Assembly: GCA_965113315.1 (NCBI GenBank)
Contig: OZ220367.1
Length of the DNA: 64,000 nt
Direction: 5' to 3' (one strand)
From: Podarcis vaucheri
Taxonomy: Eukaryota
Part shown: positions 1 to 13,100 of the stretch, piece after piece
Position numbering within the stretch: position 1 is the first letter of the stretch
How the letters are laid out: every line of letters begins with the position of its first letter
Translations under genes and position numbers: made by a program
The notes under the pieces: model-generated
The model's input: the letters and a program-made list of their open reading frames with translations, nothing else
The model's database searches: none
What the model was told of the DNA's origin: nothing

Positions 1-21
1 CAATTCCTCCCTGAAATCCAG

Positions 22-24
<3 letters not shown>

Positions 25-57
<33 letters not shown>
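25..57 (+). repeat. (TC)n microsatellite
   Basis: ~16 TC units. Confidence 0.95.
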
Positions 58-60
<3 letters not shown>

Positions 61-2859
61 CTATTGGTAGTGATTGAGTAAGTAGTGATCCTTTTAAGAC
101 TTTTCTTTTTCTTGTAATCTGGATTCAGTTTCAAAGTTGGGACATCAGTATGTGCCTTTCTTTCCTTTCATTCTTAATGCAATTTATGAGAGGCATTTAC
201 GCTTATTTATCTTAATGGTCTGCCCTCTGTTTTTCTATCTGGCTGATTTAATACAATTGCACCTAATGAATGTCAATGTGGAACTAGAAAGGTAGAATCC
301 ATGGGTTATGTCCTTTTATATTGTAATTTGTATAAAGGAGGCCTTAGAAGCTGACTTTTCCTTTTATTAAGAACACAGCCTGGAATACCTACACAACCAT
401 CTTTTTGTTTAAGGGATCACCCTCCTATGCCACCGAAAAGTTCAATTTTAAACTTTGAACACAAATTAGGAAGCAGATGGTAAGGAACTCTTTGGCTCCT
501 CTGTGATGATCATTATTTTCATTGTGTAATTTTTAAAATAAAATTTATATACACTTTGTTGTAGCAAAACTTCTAAACTGTTTATAAGAAATACAAAAAG
601 TATCAATAAACAGCTGAAACAATGAAGCATTTTTAAATAATTAAAATTAACCAAAAAAAATATAATTAAAAGTATGTCAGCATCTACATGTCTGGATAGT
701 CCTGCATAAACAAAGAGTAGAGCGAAGGGTTCTACCTAATGTCGAGCGTTCCAAAGTGTAGGTGCTGCCACACTAAAAGACTGAATATTTACAATTACTG
801 AGCAAGTATTTTGTGGCACCAGTAACAACACCAGTTAAGGTCTTTTTATACTTGGACTTGGCCTGGTAACAAATCTGCAACCAGTGCAGATCTGCGAGCA
901 GAGGTGCCATTCCTGTCAGCAACTGTGCTGCAGCATTTTGCACTAACTACAGTTTCCAGGCCAAGCACAAGAGAAACCCCACAGTAATACAATATTTAAG
1001 TCGCCTGAACTACTGTGGTCAAGTTCTCTGGGTTCAGGAATGATCATAGCTATCACACCAGGTGCAGCTGGTAAAAGGCACTTCTCGCCACTGAGGCTAT
1101 TTGCACCAACTATTATTGGTCTGTGAATTTATTAATAATAAGAATAAATTTGATAATTTAAGAGTCCTATCCTCAACAGAGATTGCTAAGAGTGGGTGGG
1201 TGGGCGGGCTAGCAAGCCTAAAACAAACTTCCTCTATCAAAACAGGTAACTTCCTTATATGAAGATATGATGTACCTCCTTGCATGTGCAATAGAACCAC
1301 AACTTAAGGACAAGCAAAACGAACTGGGTTTTCCATCAGTTTAGAAAACAAATTTAGCATAATAAACCTATAATAGTGAAAAAGACACTAACTGCAGCAG
1401 CTGTTACAAGAAGGGGGAAGCAGTTAGCTGCAGCATCTTGGAAAAGAAGGTACGCGCTACAAGACAGGTATGCACCTTGCTATGGCCCTGGATTCACAAT
1501 TCTGATATGAATTCCATAACAGAGCCAACTAATTTGGAGCGCTGCTATAGCATAAGCATCAAACGCATTGTTTTCAGCATTTATATGCCACCCTATAAAA
1601 CCAAGATCTCTGGGCAATGTACAGTAAAAAGCAATGCATGATATCCAGTGTTGTGCAAATGAACATGACAATACTTCCCTCCCCCAAGCCTCTCACACAA
1701 CCCCCAAATTTGCTTCAAAGGCTCTCCCCACCTTGGGGGACTACAAGGGGAAGAAGGGGAAGTTCTACTGTGCAAGCTGAAATACCATTAGATGTCACCC
1801 AAAGTAAATCTGAAATGAAAGCATACAATCAAAGCAAATTAAATGCAACATTAAGAACAGAGCACACAACACCTCCAAGATGTGAATAGTCTTCACTGCA
1901 GTGTGTTGGGGTTTTTTTTAGGAAATGCGCAAACTTTGTGGCGTTTGATCTGCAGTGGTTATTTCACACTTACAAATCATCACATATGTCCATGTGAAGC
2001 AGCATTCAAGGCTTTGACAGAAGTCTCTCTCCCCTGTCCTCCGTATAATCCTTTAAAATTCAAAATGTCAGCCTACAAAGGGGGCTTTCCCATTTTTAAA
2101 TGTCACAGGAAACAGGAAGGCAAATATGCAAAAACGTGAGTGAAAGGAGGGAAGAAGCAACCCAAATCTCACTAAAAGACATTTACATTTCATAGGCTCA
2201 GGCTTACAGAAGCCAGACATTAAAACTGCATGTAAAAAAAGTTAATCCCGAGGAAAAACAAGGACCAGAGGCAGCAAAATAATTATGCAAGGCTGCGGAC
2301 TACAGACTCCTTACTTCCACCCCCAATCACATATTGTTTGCTGCAGATGTACCAGACCTTTTATTTAGGTCAATCACAAAAGCTGCCAACGTTACTACAG
2401 TACTGAGATAGAGTTATGGGTAAGAAATTAGGCCAGCGAATACAGTTAATTCTGTACAGTTAAAGGGATGAATAATAAAGAGGGGTGCTCTAATCGGACT
2501 GCTTTTTATGTTTTCCTCTTCATAGGTTGCAACAGGTCTTCATGAACCATGAAACTAAATAGGTAGCAACTAAGCAACAAGCCCTGTATTTAAACAAACG
2601 GCCAACAAAAGCTTTGAGCATTGCGGTGCCCCCGTTTTCCCCATTCTGTGTATGTTTTAACTGCATGGTGCTCTCAGCTTTCAAAATACCGGGCACATAA
2701 AGAGAAACTCCCATATTCTACAAATCAAAATCCAAGGCATTAAATTACCATTAAATTCTACACACTTAACTTGGTTTGATCAGAGCTTAGGAAGGCAGTG
2801 ACGGTACACCGAGTAACAATCAGTGTATAGACCTTGCTACTGCACTGGTAGAAAGCCCA

Positions 2860-3130
2860 ACTGCTGCAACCTTTTCCTCATCGGGGAGTTGCTCCACCTA
2901 CTTTAACATTTTGGTTGCCATTTCCTGAACCTTTTCCAGCTCTATGGTATCCTTTTTGAGGTGCAGCAACCAGAACTATACCTATTATTTCAGGTGCAGC
3001 TTTATTTTCAGTACTTTCCCCAAGGTTCCCTAGCACAGAATTTGCCTTTTTCAACATCTTCACTGAGCAGCCAATTAAAACCCCAAGGTCATGTTCCTGA
3101 TTAACTTGAGTAAAGCTCATGTACCTACAC
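2860..3130 (-). mobile_element. Degraded CR1 LINE fragment
   Basis: EHDLGVLI...KKANSVLG resembles CR1 RT C-terminal motifs. Confidence 0.6.
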
Positions 3131-3788
3131 ACTGTCTCTTAAATACCACCCTCTGTTTTCACAACAAAAGTGCTGTCACTTCTTAAATTTAGATCTTTTA
3201 AGAAGTTGTGTGAAATGCATGTAATACTTTACTCACTTGGACTTTTTGAAATCTTAATGAATTAACACTGGAAAATAAACAACCAGTTTAATGAGAGCCA
3301 ATAAAAAAGTAGTAGCAATCCCCACGCCCACCCCCATAAAGCATTATAGTGACATCTACTGGCCAGTTATGCAATTGTACATTTTCATACTTAAGTGTCT
3401 GGTATATTAATGCAGTAATAATAAAAAATGTATAACAAAACCAATCTGTATTTTCATATAAATCCCAATTTACCATTCTGCTAAGTTCCTTACTATTTTT
3501 CTTAATCACTGGGCACCAAAACAGTAATAAGAACAACTTCCAAGTGAGAAGGTTTGATTTAAAGGGAAGAAACTGTGACAAGAAATTCAAAATTTTCTTT
3601 AAAAATCTTTACTTGCAAAATTAAGCAGCATGCTATGATTTATACCTGAATTTAAAAAGGCTAATTAGACTGAAATAAAAACCTAAGAATGGCATTTCTA
3701 TAAATAATGGGGGGAAAGTCTCCACTAGACTTTAAAAGGAAAACATTTGGTAATTAAATACTTGCTACTTTCCATTAAATTGATGAAC

Positions 3789-3794
3789 TTTATT
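3789..3794 (-). terminator. Likely CCAR1 poly(A) signal AATAAA
   Basis: tttatt on + strand, ~270 nt after the stop codon. Confidence 0.6.
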
Positions 3795-4062
3795 AGCATT
3801 CAAACTATAACGAAGTTTGCCCTAAAACATATTTGCAATGCAAAATTATTTTCACTCAAGGAGTGTCTAATAAATTGAGAGCTATGAATTACAAGCAATG
3901 CTTTGAAGCAGGCTCGCACATTTATAAAACTTTTTACATCCTTTGCTTGGACTAAGGTATTTATACTACTCAAATCAAACATGCACCACTTTCATACACT
4001 CCAGTTTCATGATTTATATTACATTATGTGACATCATATTCCCCACAGCAGCAGCAAGTTTG

Positions 4063-4116
4063 TCATACATTTGCTCCATTTTCTTTGGATTTCTGATCTT
4101 CAATCTTCACTATATC
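4063..4116 (-). CDS. CCAR1: CCAR1 terminal exon coding part
   Basis: ACAG|DIVKIEDQKSKENGANV*; TGA at 4065-4063. Confidence 0.93.
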   Translation of the reverse strand, partial: DIVKIEDQKSKENGANV

Positions 4117-7100
4117 CTGTAGAAAAGGAGGAAATACACTAATGAAGGGTTATATCAACTGAAGCCCTAAGTAACGTATAATTTCATATACAGCATTATT
4201 CCCATGCTAACAGCAGGTTTTAATCACCTGTCATCAGCCACTTAGTGGCCACTTAGTGATTAATAAGCATGGATCTTTGTGTCTTGTGCTTGAAGTGCCA
4301 AACTATGACACTATAAAATGAATACCTGAATACCTAGGAAAACCAGATTTCAATAGCTGCAAATACTAATACAATTTCAAATACTACTCTTTTACATAAT
4401 GTGAAATCACAGGTATTTGCACATTTTTAATATGCTAGGAGACAAAAACCAAACCTACTACTCTTTTCTCCCTCTTCTTTCCCTCTCCCTCCCCTCCCCT
4501 CTCCCTCCCACATACACACTTTCAATGCCAGGGCTGGCAAGAAAGTAATATAACTGAAGCAATATTTCAATTTCTTGAGGTTATTTTGGGTGTTATCTTC
4601 CACATGTGTGACAGTGTCCATTGGCTCTAAAGGATATTGATTATATTGTTCCTCTTGCAAAGTGGCTTGACTAAAGAACCACAGTGGGGTCTCCAAGTAA
4701 ACAGTCAGTGCCTCTTTAAGGCTTGTTTTTTGATGGAAGGGGGTATTCATCATATAAACATATGAAGAGCCCTGCTGGATCAGGCCACAGTCCAGCATCT
4801 TATTTGCACAGTGACCAACCAGATGCCTAAGGAAAATCTAAAAGCAAGATTTGAGTACAACAGCACTCTCTCCGCTTCTGATTCCCAGCAGTTGGATATC
4901 GGAGGCAAGCTGCCTCTTAAGAGTGGAGGGGAACATAAGCCACCAACAGCTCTATTTTCCATGCATTTCTCTAATCCTTGTTTAAAGTCATCTGAGTTGG
5001 TGGCCATCACTACCTCTTGGGGGAAGAGAGTTCTATGCACTATGTGAAGTACTTTCTTTGTGTTTGTCCTGAATCTTCAAACATTCAGCTTCGTTAGAAC
5101 CCACGAGTTCTAATATTACGACAAGGGGAGAACCCAGTTTCTCCATGCAATGCCTAATCTTATACACCTCTTTCACAGGCATGGGGAACCTCAGGCCCAG
5201 GATCCAAATACAGGCTTCTGTGTGGCCTTCAGAAACCCTCCAGGCCACAGCACCGCCATGGTTGGGCAAAGTTTAATAAAGTGCAGTTTGTCTGGTTGCA
5301 CAAGCGGGCCTCGCTGTGCCCACGCAACAGATTAGTTGAATCCCAACCAGAATGAGAAAAACCTTTACCTTTTTAAGAACGCTGTGTATTTCATCCATAA
5401 CTGTAGCCAAACTTTTGATTGTCTTATTCAGCTGCCCCTCAAACTGCAAATTTGTATCTTCTGATGCCTTCAAATTCTCTTGTAGCTGGCCAGCATCTTT
5501 TTTGACTTCTTTAAGTTCTGCAGACAGACCTTTATTCAGATTCTCCAAATTCAATATAGTCTTTTCATCTTCATCTGAAAACCCCAAAAAAAGATTTTAA
5601 AACACTTAATCTTTTACTTTCGGTTTTTCTATATTCCTTCAATCATTACAGAACAAACAGCGCTAAAGATGCCATGTACCTAATTATACAGCTGTATCAC
5701 CTAGCAGAGCTAGTAATGTGATTTGGTAAGATGTGTCCTCTTTATTCAGGCCAGAAGACCTGAGTATTCATACACTCCACCCAATTCATAGGAATTGTAA
5801 TTGTTTGGCTTTAAAGTATTTTTCTGTTTTAATAATAAACCTTTCTGAATGTGTGAAGCAATAATTCAAATCTCACTCTCCCACCTGTCTTTTCTTCTAG
5901 TGACTGAAGCTTTTGTTCCATCTCAGCTCGGGCTTTTTCACTCTTCTCTAGTTTCTGCAAGAGACTCCCTACATCCACCATAGCTCCATTGTAAACAATG
6001 AGGCCAACGTTTTCTTCTGAGCTTCTTGGTTCTTGTTTTATAGCAGGTGATGGTAGCAGCAGCCTGTTTCCTATATGGGATTAAGAAATATCATTAAAAT
6101 CAACATGTCTGGTGAGTTTTAAGACTCCTACAGTACATGTCTGGTGAATTTCAAGACTCCTACAGTAGAAAATTAGCAAAGTCCCACGTTTTCTCAAGAA
6201 TTTCAGTGTACTTGCATATTCCAAGAGTGAAACAAAAGTTTCCCTCCCCCACAACCTCAGTCCCAACATAAGGAGTAAAATTCCCACTCAAAAAACTTTC
6301 AGATTGTCCATAGTGTTGAGATCGTCATGTTGGCAAAATATGGAAAAAACAGGATGGGATCCAAATGTGCCGTGTGCAAGCACACAGGGACTTCTGCTCA
6401 TTCAGAATGGTCCCCTCTCTGAATTTCACTGCTGCAGCCTTTACTACCTACCACATTGAAGAAAGAGTACATGCTATTAAAGTGACACAGACAGAAGATA
6501 TTTCACCATACATAATGGTAGACATGTCTTCATAGCTAACAAAATTGTATCACCTAGCATTTCTTCCTGTGGAGTTTCAATTTCTTCTTGATTTTCTTCA
6601 TCTTTAGAAGTATCTGTCAGTTTTCTATAAAAGCAAGATTCACGAAGCACCACCTTATTAAGCAGCTTCTTAACCTAAGATAGCAGGAGACCAAATTCAC
6701 ATTAATGGTTTGCTCAACAAAGGCATGATTCTCATGCATAGTACAAGCAATACATTTTTACAATATAAATACCTTAAAAAGGAAAAAAAAATCAAATCTC
6801 AAAGCTTGAAATATTTTACAGCAAGAGAGTAATTTTACGTAAATTCTTGACAATAAAATTCTTCTGTATGCATGTGGACTTCAATCATTTATCATTTTTT
6901 TCATCATGAACACCCCCTTCTTTCCTCCCTTTTCTCTAGCAAAGAAAATACAGATGTATAAAAAGTGACTGGACAAGTCTTATTTCTCTTTATTATACTG
7001 CAGTTAACCAGAGAAAAAAACTGAGTGCTGCAAGGCCTTCCCTTTTCTTCATTCCCATACAGCTTTAGCAACAAACCTGAGCTCGTGAGAGATGCAGTCC

Positions 7101-10100
7101 AAGTGTGTACAGTATCTCTTCCAAATCCTTTTCTAGAAGGTATCCACAATGGCATTGATCAAAATAAACGAAAGCCATCAGAAGATCGCGGTTAACAGTT
7201 ATCATCTGTGTTTTGTCTCTTTCCTAAAAAACACATTTTATAACAATAAGGCTTTCCTCCCTTTTTTTATCCATTAGTTATTTCAGTATTAGAAAATATG
7301 TGAAGTACAGCTTCCTTAAAGGCATGTGCATATATATAAATTTTCTAAAGCGCTACAACACTAAGCACTTTCATAGATGGTTATACAATTTATGAGGACA
7401 AGAGATAGGAGCAGCAGGATCTGACAGAATTTTTTTCCAGGAGTTAGTTCCCACACTGATTACAGGTCAGAGCTATTAGTATATTACGTAATATGGAGAC
7501 AGTTTTCACCTCAATTGGTTTTTGACACTATCTCCAGTAAACAAACCCTTCAGGAAACAGAACTTAAGACTGATGAAGACAGTTTTGGCAGACAGGCTAT
7601 TCCTTCCTAGTTCTCTAGCATCTTCATTGATTCACAGTTAGGAACTCACAGCACTAAATACCTTATCTTTAGACGCTCTCTCTTTGCAATGCCGGTTTCC
7701 CTCTCTTCTGTCATCTCGTCTGTTCATTTCCTCATCATCCCTATCTATGGAAACAAACATTACCTTCAGCATATTCATATTACGTTAGCGCTTTATACTG
7801 CTATTATACATATCTTAGAATGAAGATGCACACAGCTCACGTGATGTTAAGGGCATCTTAAAACATAGAAAGAAACAGCAGAAGTTCTGTTAACACGCAT
7901 GTGCCAAAGACATCTCTTCTGGACCACTTTGGTTCAATAATCTTAAGTAATAATTGTAGTTTTATAGATTGGATTTTCACATAAAAAGGTACAGAAGTAT
8001 TGTACAGTCTGTTACTCATTGCAAATTCACTAGTGTAAATCAACACACATAACTGAGGGCTCTACAGTTTTGCCTTTGTCTGCACCTGCCACCTTTTAAT
8101 TAGAGTAATCATCCCCATATACCATCATCTTCATCTTCAGCATCCTCTGCTTCCATTGGATCGTATTCTTCCTGGTTATTGTCATCTTCCATTTCATCTT
8201 CATCTTTAGCATCATCCTTCCTCTTATCTTCTCTCTGTAATTAGTTCATAAATATTAACACAATCAAACAACTGGCAGCAGTAATTTAAAAACCTTCAAG
8301 CCACACGAATTGGGGTTGATATCCATCCAACTGTGTCTGCCTGACTGGGTAATCTGTTTCTGCTTGTGTATTGTGACTATCCCTTCTTCTCCTCTACCCT
8401 GTTCTCCCTTGTATATCTCTAAATCCACTCTAGAAGAACCCTCAGCCCACTGGAGCAGATTCTGGAGTGCACAGAGAGGAGAGGAAGGGGTAGTCCATTC
8501 ATAAAACACTGGATCTCACCCTTGGTGCAAAAGGTTCTAAAACAAATCACAGAGATCTGGGATTCAATCCCAGTCCCCTAGCAAGAGGACGTGAAAACGG
8601 ATGATGATATTGCTTACGTTTCTGTATTTCCTATTTGCCCTGAAGAGTGAACCAACAATCAAAAAAATATTAAGCTGAAGCAGTGCTCCAGTTGTTGTCA
8701 TTGTCTGGGGTAGGGGATGATTTATTTTTTTCATATAACAATTTGAACTCCTTGTAAGGGGAGGAAATCAGTTATAAAATTCCTATCAGGCAAGATCTGA
8801 TAAAATTAACCAGCATGAGAAATAAAATTAAAACTGATGATATTTAGTAATAAGCCCTTCCTCCACAAACCGTTCTTAATCCATCATCTGATTAGTTATT
8901 TCTTCTAATGGCCACTAACCTTCCTGTCATCCCTCTCATCTTTTCTTTCTCTCTCATCTCCAGATTTTCTTCTTTTAGGCTTTGGGTCATCATTTTCATC
9001 ATCTCGCTCTTCCTTTTTCTCTTTCTTCTCATCTTTTTTGTTCTTTTTATCTTTTTTATCTTCCTTATCTGGAAGCGACAAGAGGGATCTGTATATTCGG
9101 ACACCAAAGTCCCTTTGAAGCATTTCATTGAAAAGTTCAGCAAATAATGAAACCTGCACAGGAAGCAACAAACTAGAATTAACAAAGCACTGAAACAGAA
9201 TTACAAACAATACACTCACATAATCTTGTTAAAATGTAATTAACTCTGCTTGTTTTTTCGTGCATTTCATTTTCTTCTACCTCACTGTGTACTATACCCC
9301 ACCCTCAATATACCTACAACTCAGGTTAGCACTTTATAAATCTGAAAAATGGACTACTGTCCATGAAAACTCATGATATAATAAATTAGTCTTTAACATG
9401 CCACAAGACTTTTTGCTGGCTTTGCTAGAAGTGATTAAAACCTGAGAAAACAGTTACATAATATTCAACTTCAATACAAGCAATAATATCAAAATCCCTG
9501 TTCATTAAAAGAATGCAGAAATAAAAAATTAACCTGGCACTTGAAATTCTGCAGTTTTATAATCTTTTCTTTTGCTTAAACAAAATTCTAGTGAGGAAAT
9601 TCACCATATCCTCATTTTACGGAAAGGCAGGCTGAAGTTACAAAATATGGAGTTGCCCAACTATATCCCCTGATTCCATGGCAAAGTTCAACTTTCTTAT
9701 AAATTGGCCCCACTTAAAGATCACTAAGCCACTTCATGTATGGTGCCAGGCTACAGTAGAAGAGAGGGATACAATTGTCATAATTTATTTACTGTAACAG
9801 GAGCACAGAAGTCAAGCTTGGTGCAAATCCAATTCAAATGAATGGAGGATTCACAGCTGTACTGCTGGTAAACAGTGTCCTTTTTTCTTAATCTGACGTA
9901 AGTAATTGAGCTGGCCCTGTCTCATCACAGAACCAAGATGGGGGCATAAAATCAAAAGCTTGAAGAGGCTGCACTCTTAAGAGAACAGGGGCACCTTAAT
10001 TAATTGTATCCAATGCCGTGTGATCAGAAGGCTGATCACGCAAGCAGTTATTCAGAAATAGTGAGGGGAGAAAGTTAGGTGAAGAGATGACCTCAAAAGA

Positions 10101-13100
10101 ATGCTCTTTGTTATCCTCCAGCCTGTAATCCAGAAGAACACTAAGAGACATAATACTGCAGTCAAACTTTCCGCTTTTGGCTGCCCAGTTCGGATGCACA
10201 ATGATTGCTGGCTCATCAGGCAAGATGTATCGCCTCTCTCGACGCTGGCGTTCCACTTCCTCTAAGCGTTTTCTTTCTTCTTCCTAAAGAGTTGAAAAAA
10301 GGAATTTGGAGTGGAGACGTCAGAGTATGAACTTCAAATATTTACTTCTTGAGCGGGGTGAAAAGGCAGGGGGAGTGGGGAGAGCCACATACTCAGTTGT
10401 TTACTGGACACTTCTATTCCCTTCCCCTATGTGAATGTTATATGCATGCTAGCGAGGACACGCCATGACAGAACCTGGAGAGTCAGCCGAGTGTGGGAGT
10501 GACTGGGGAGACCCGGGTTCAAATTTTCACTCAGTGATCAAGATCCTCAGGTCAATTTCTCTTACCCTAAGACACCTAAGATTAAGGAGATGAGAGATGA
10601 TGCATCCTGCATTTGAGGAAGGCCTAACCAACACTACGTTGTGGCTGGAAATTTATTTAACTCTAATGTAACTTAACAAGCCCTGTTATTTAGTGTTCTT
10701 GGCACTAGCAATGTTTATTGCAACAAGGAAGATTCACATGTAAATAAGAGATGTGGACATAAATGGCTTAGCAGCTCCTTCCCATGCTACCACCACCTTC
10801 CCTCAGGGGCTAGGTAACACTGGAGACAAGACCCTGTAGCTTTTGTATTGGTATGGCAAGAAGTTATGAGAAAGCAGCCCACCACAACTACAGTGTGAAT
10901 GCATAAGATCAGTCCTTACTCTCATTATGAAGATCTTCCTATCACACACAAACACACCTGAAGTTCTGCTTAATAATGAACTAAACATTTACTAGTGAAC
11001 ATTTTCCACTAGTAAATCCACTAGACAGCTACCTCTTTGTCATCTTCAGATTTCCTCTCTTCCTCCTCTTCATCTTCCTTTTCAGACTTCTCCAATTCTT
11101 TCTGTTCTTCCTTCTGCTCTTCCACTTTGAGTTGCTTTGTTAGTCGGGCTATCAGCTGGGATTTCAAGCCCTTTGAGCTAAGAGTTCGGCTTTCTAATTC
11201 TTTGCGTAAGTCATTAACCTAGTTGATAAATATTACAGTGAGCCTTCAATTCACAATTTAGTATTTATATAATCAAACCTATTCAGAGACAAGCACATCT
11301 CAAATTACTGAAATATAAGGCAAGCAAAACTTGGCAAAAATCACAAAGCTTCATTTTGTAAAAATTCATAATACATTTGCCCCAATATAATGTGTATCAG
11401 TGATTTTCAAAGATTTCACTCATTTAAAAATATCAAAGCAACACAAATTCTCAATAGCTGTACTACCTTCAGAAAAGAAACAATACTGCAATATTTACTA
11501 GACTTTGTAATGTAATGTAAACATCCTGAAGTCTTCAGCTTACCTTCATTGCCTTTGGGTCAAGTTTAGACCAATGAGTAGGATTAGAAATCTCTTTTGC
11601 TTCCCCATCATCCTTCTCCTCTTCATCCTAAAAAATGAAATAAAGTCATCATCCTTCAGAAAGCTTCAAAATGAATATGATTCTTTCTTAAATTCTGCAG
11701 CTGACCTGGGCAAGGCCACAACTGTTTCATCAGACAGTCTTCTCCTAAAGTTACCATTTCAACAAAGCCACATACACACATTCTACTAGTTTATAACAGT
11801 GCCCCTCTCATCAGCCAATAAGAGCCATCTCTGTGAAACACAAAAGGGTGATAAAGAACAACAACACAAAGATCATCGGGGACACACAGACACTGCTGGT
11901 CACCACCAACCACACAGTGTATGATATCCCCCAATTTTCAAACCACCCAAAATACTCCTCATTTTGTTAGACCTTTTTACATTTACCAAGTTGCCAATCA
12001 GCCAGATAAGATTCTTTTAGGCTATGTTATTTCAATGTCTTGCCTATTTCAAAGTACCATTATTAAAATTATTTTTTAAAAGGCTAACACATGGGAGAAA
12101 AAAATAAAAGTTTTTTGTTTTTTGGTAGAACGGCAAAATGCTTAACACAACTTTTAAAACTGAAATCTTAACTCAATAACTGGTCCCAGATTCCAGCAAC
12201 TAGTTCTAAGGTTACAAAGATTTGTGCACGGAGCGCACAGCTTAAATTCCACTTGTTGCGTCAGTATACACTTAAGTTGGTACACTAGCTGTAATTAAAC
12301 ACAAGTAAGTTCTACACTGCTGAAAGCTGGTTTACCAGTCATTGTTACCAATTATGTTCCTCCTAGGTATGTTTGCGGTGTAGCATGTGGTGTGCATTTT
12401 GTGCCTGTGTTCCTGCGCCNNNNNNNNNNNNNNNNNNNNNNNNNNNNNNNNNNNNNNNNNNNNNNNNNNNNNNNNNNNNNNNNNNNNNNNNNNNNNNNNN
12501 NNNNNNNNNNNNNNNNNNNNNNNNNNNNNNNNNNNNNNNNNNNNNNNNNNNNNNNNNNNNNNNNNNNNNNNNNNNNNNNNNNNNNNNNNNNNNNNNNNNN
12601 NNNNNNNNNNNNNNNNNNNNNNNNNNNNNNNNNNNNNNNNNNNNNNNNNNNNNNNNNNNNNNNNNNNNNNNNNNNNNNNNNNNNNNNNNNNNNNNNNNNN
12701 NNNNNNNNNNNNNNNNNNNTTACAGAGCCTAGATCACTGTAGCACATCAAGTAAAGCAACTTTGCTGCGACAACCTGAATTTTTTCTAAAGAAAAAAAAT
12801 ATGAAAGCCATATGTTCTCTTTGAAAAACTTGTGTACGGTGCATTATAAGACATCTGCTAGGGAATAAATTTAATACTAAAAAAGCTGAAGGCAATTGTT
12901 TTTGCACTTGGCACTAAAATGTGCCATTTCATCTGACTCGGGAGGAAATAAAAGATAAAAGTTGAACTCTTTTTTTTGTATTTATTGTTGGAAGGTGCTC
13001 ATTCACAAAGCGATCGACAGCTGATTAACACAAGTAGTAAATCGACCAAGAGAAAATATGGCTGCCCCAAACATCTAATTATTTATAAACACGAGAATAA

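Noticed and set aside
12352-12824. ORFs of 116-145 aa across this interval
   Set aside because: Artefacts of translating the N gap.
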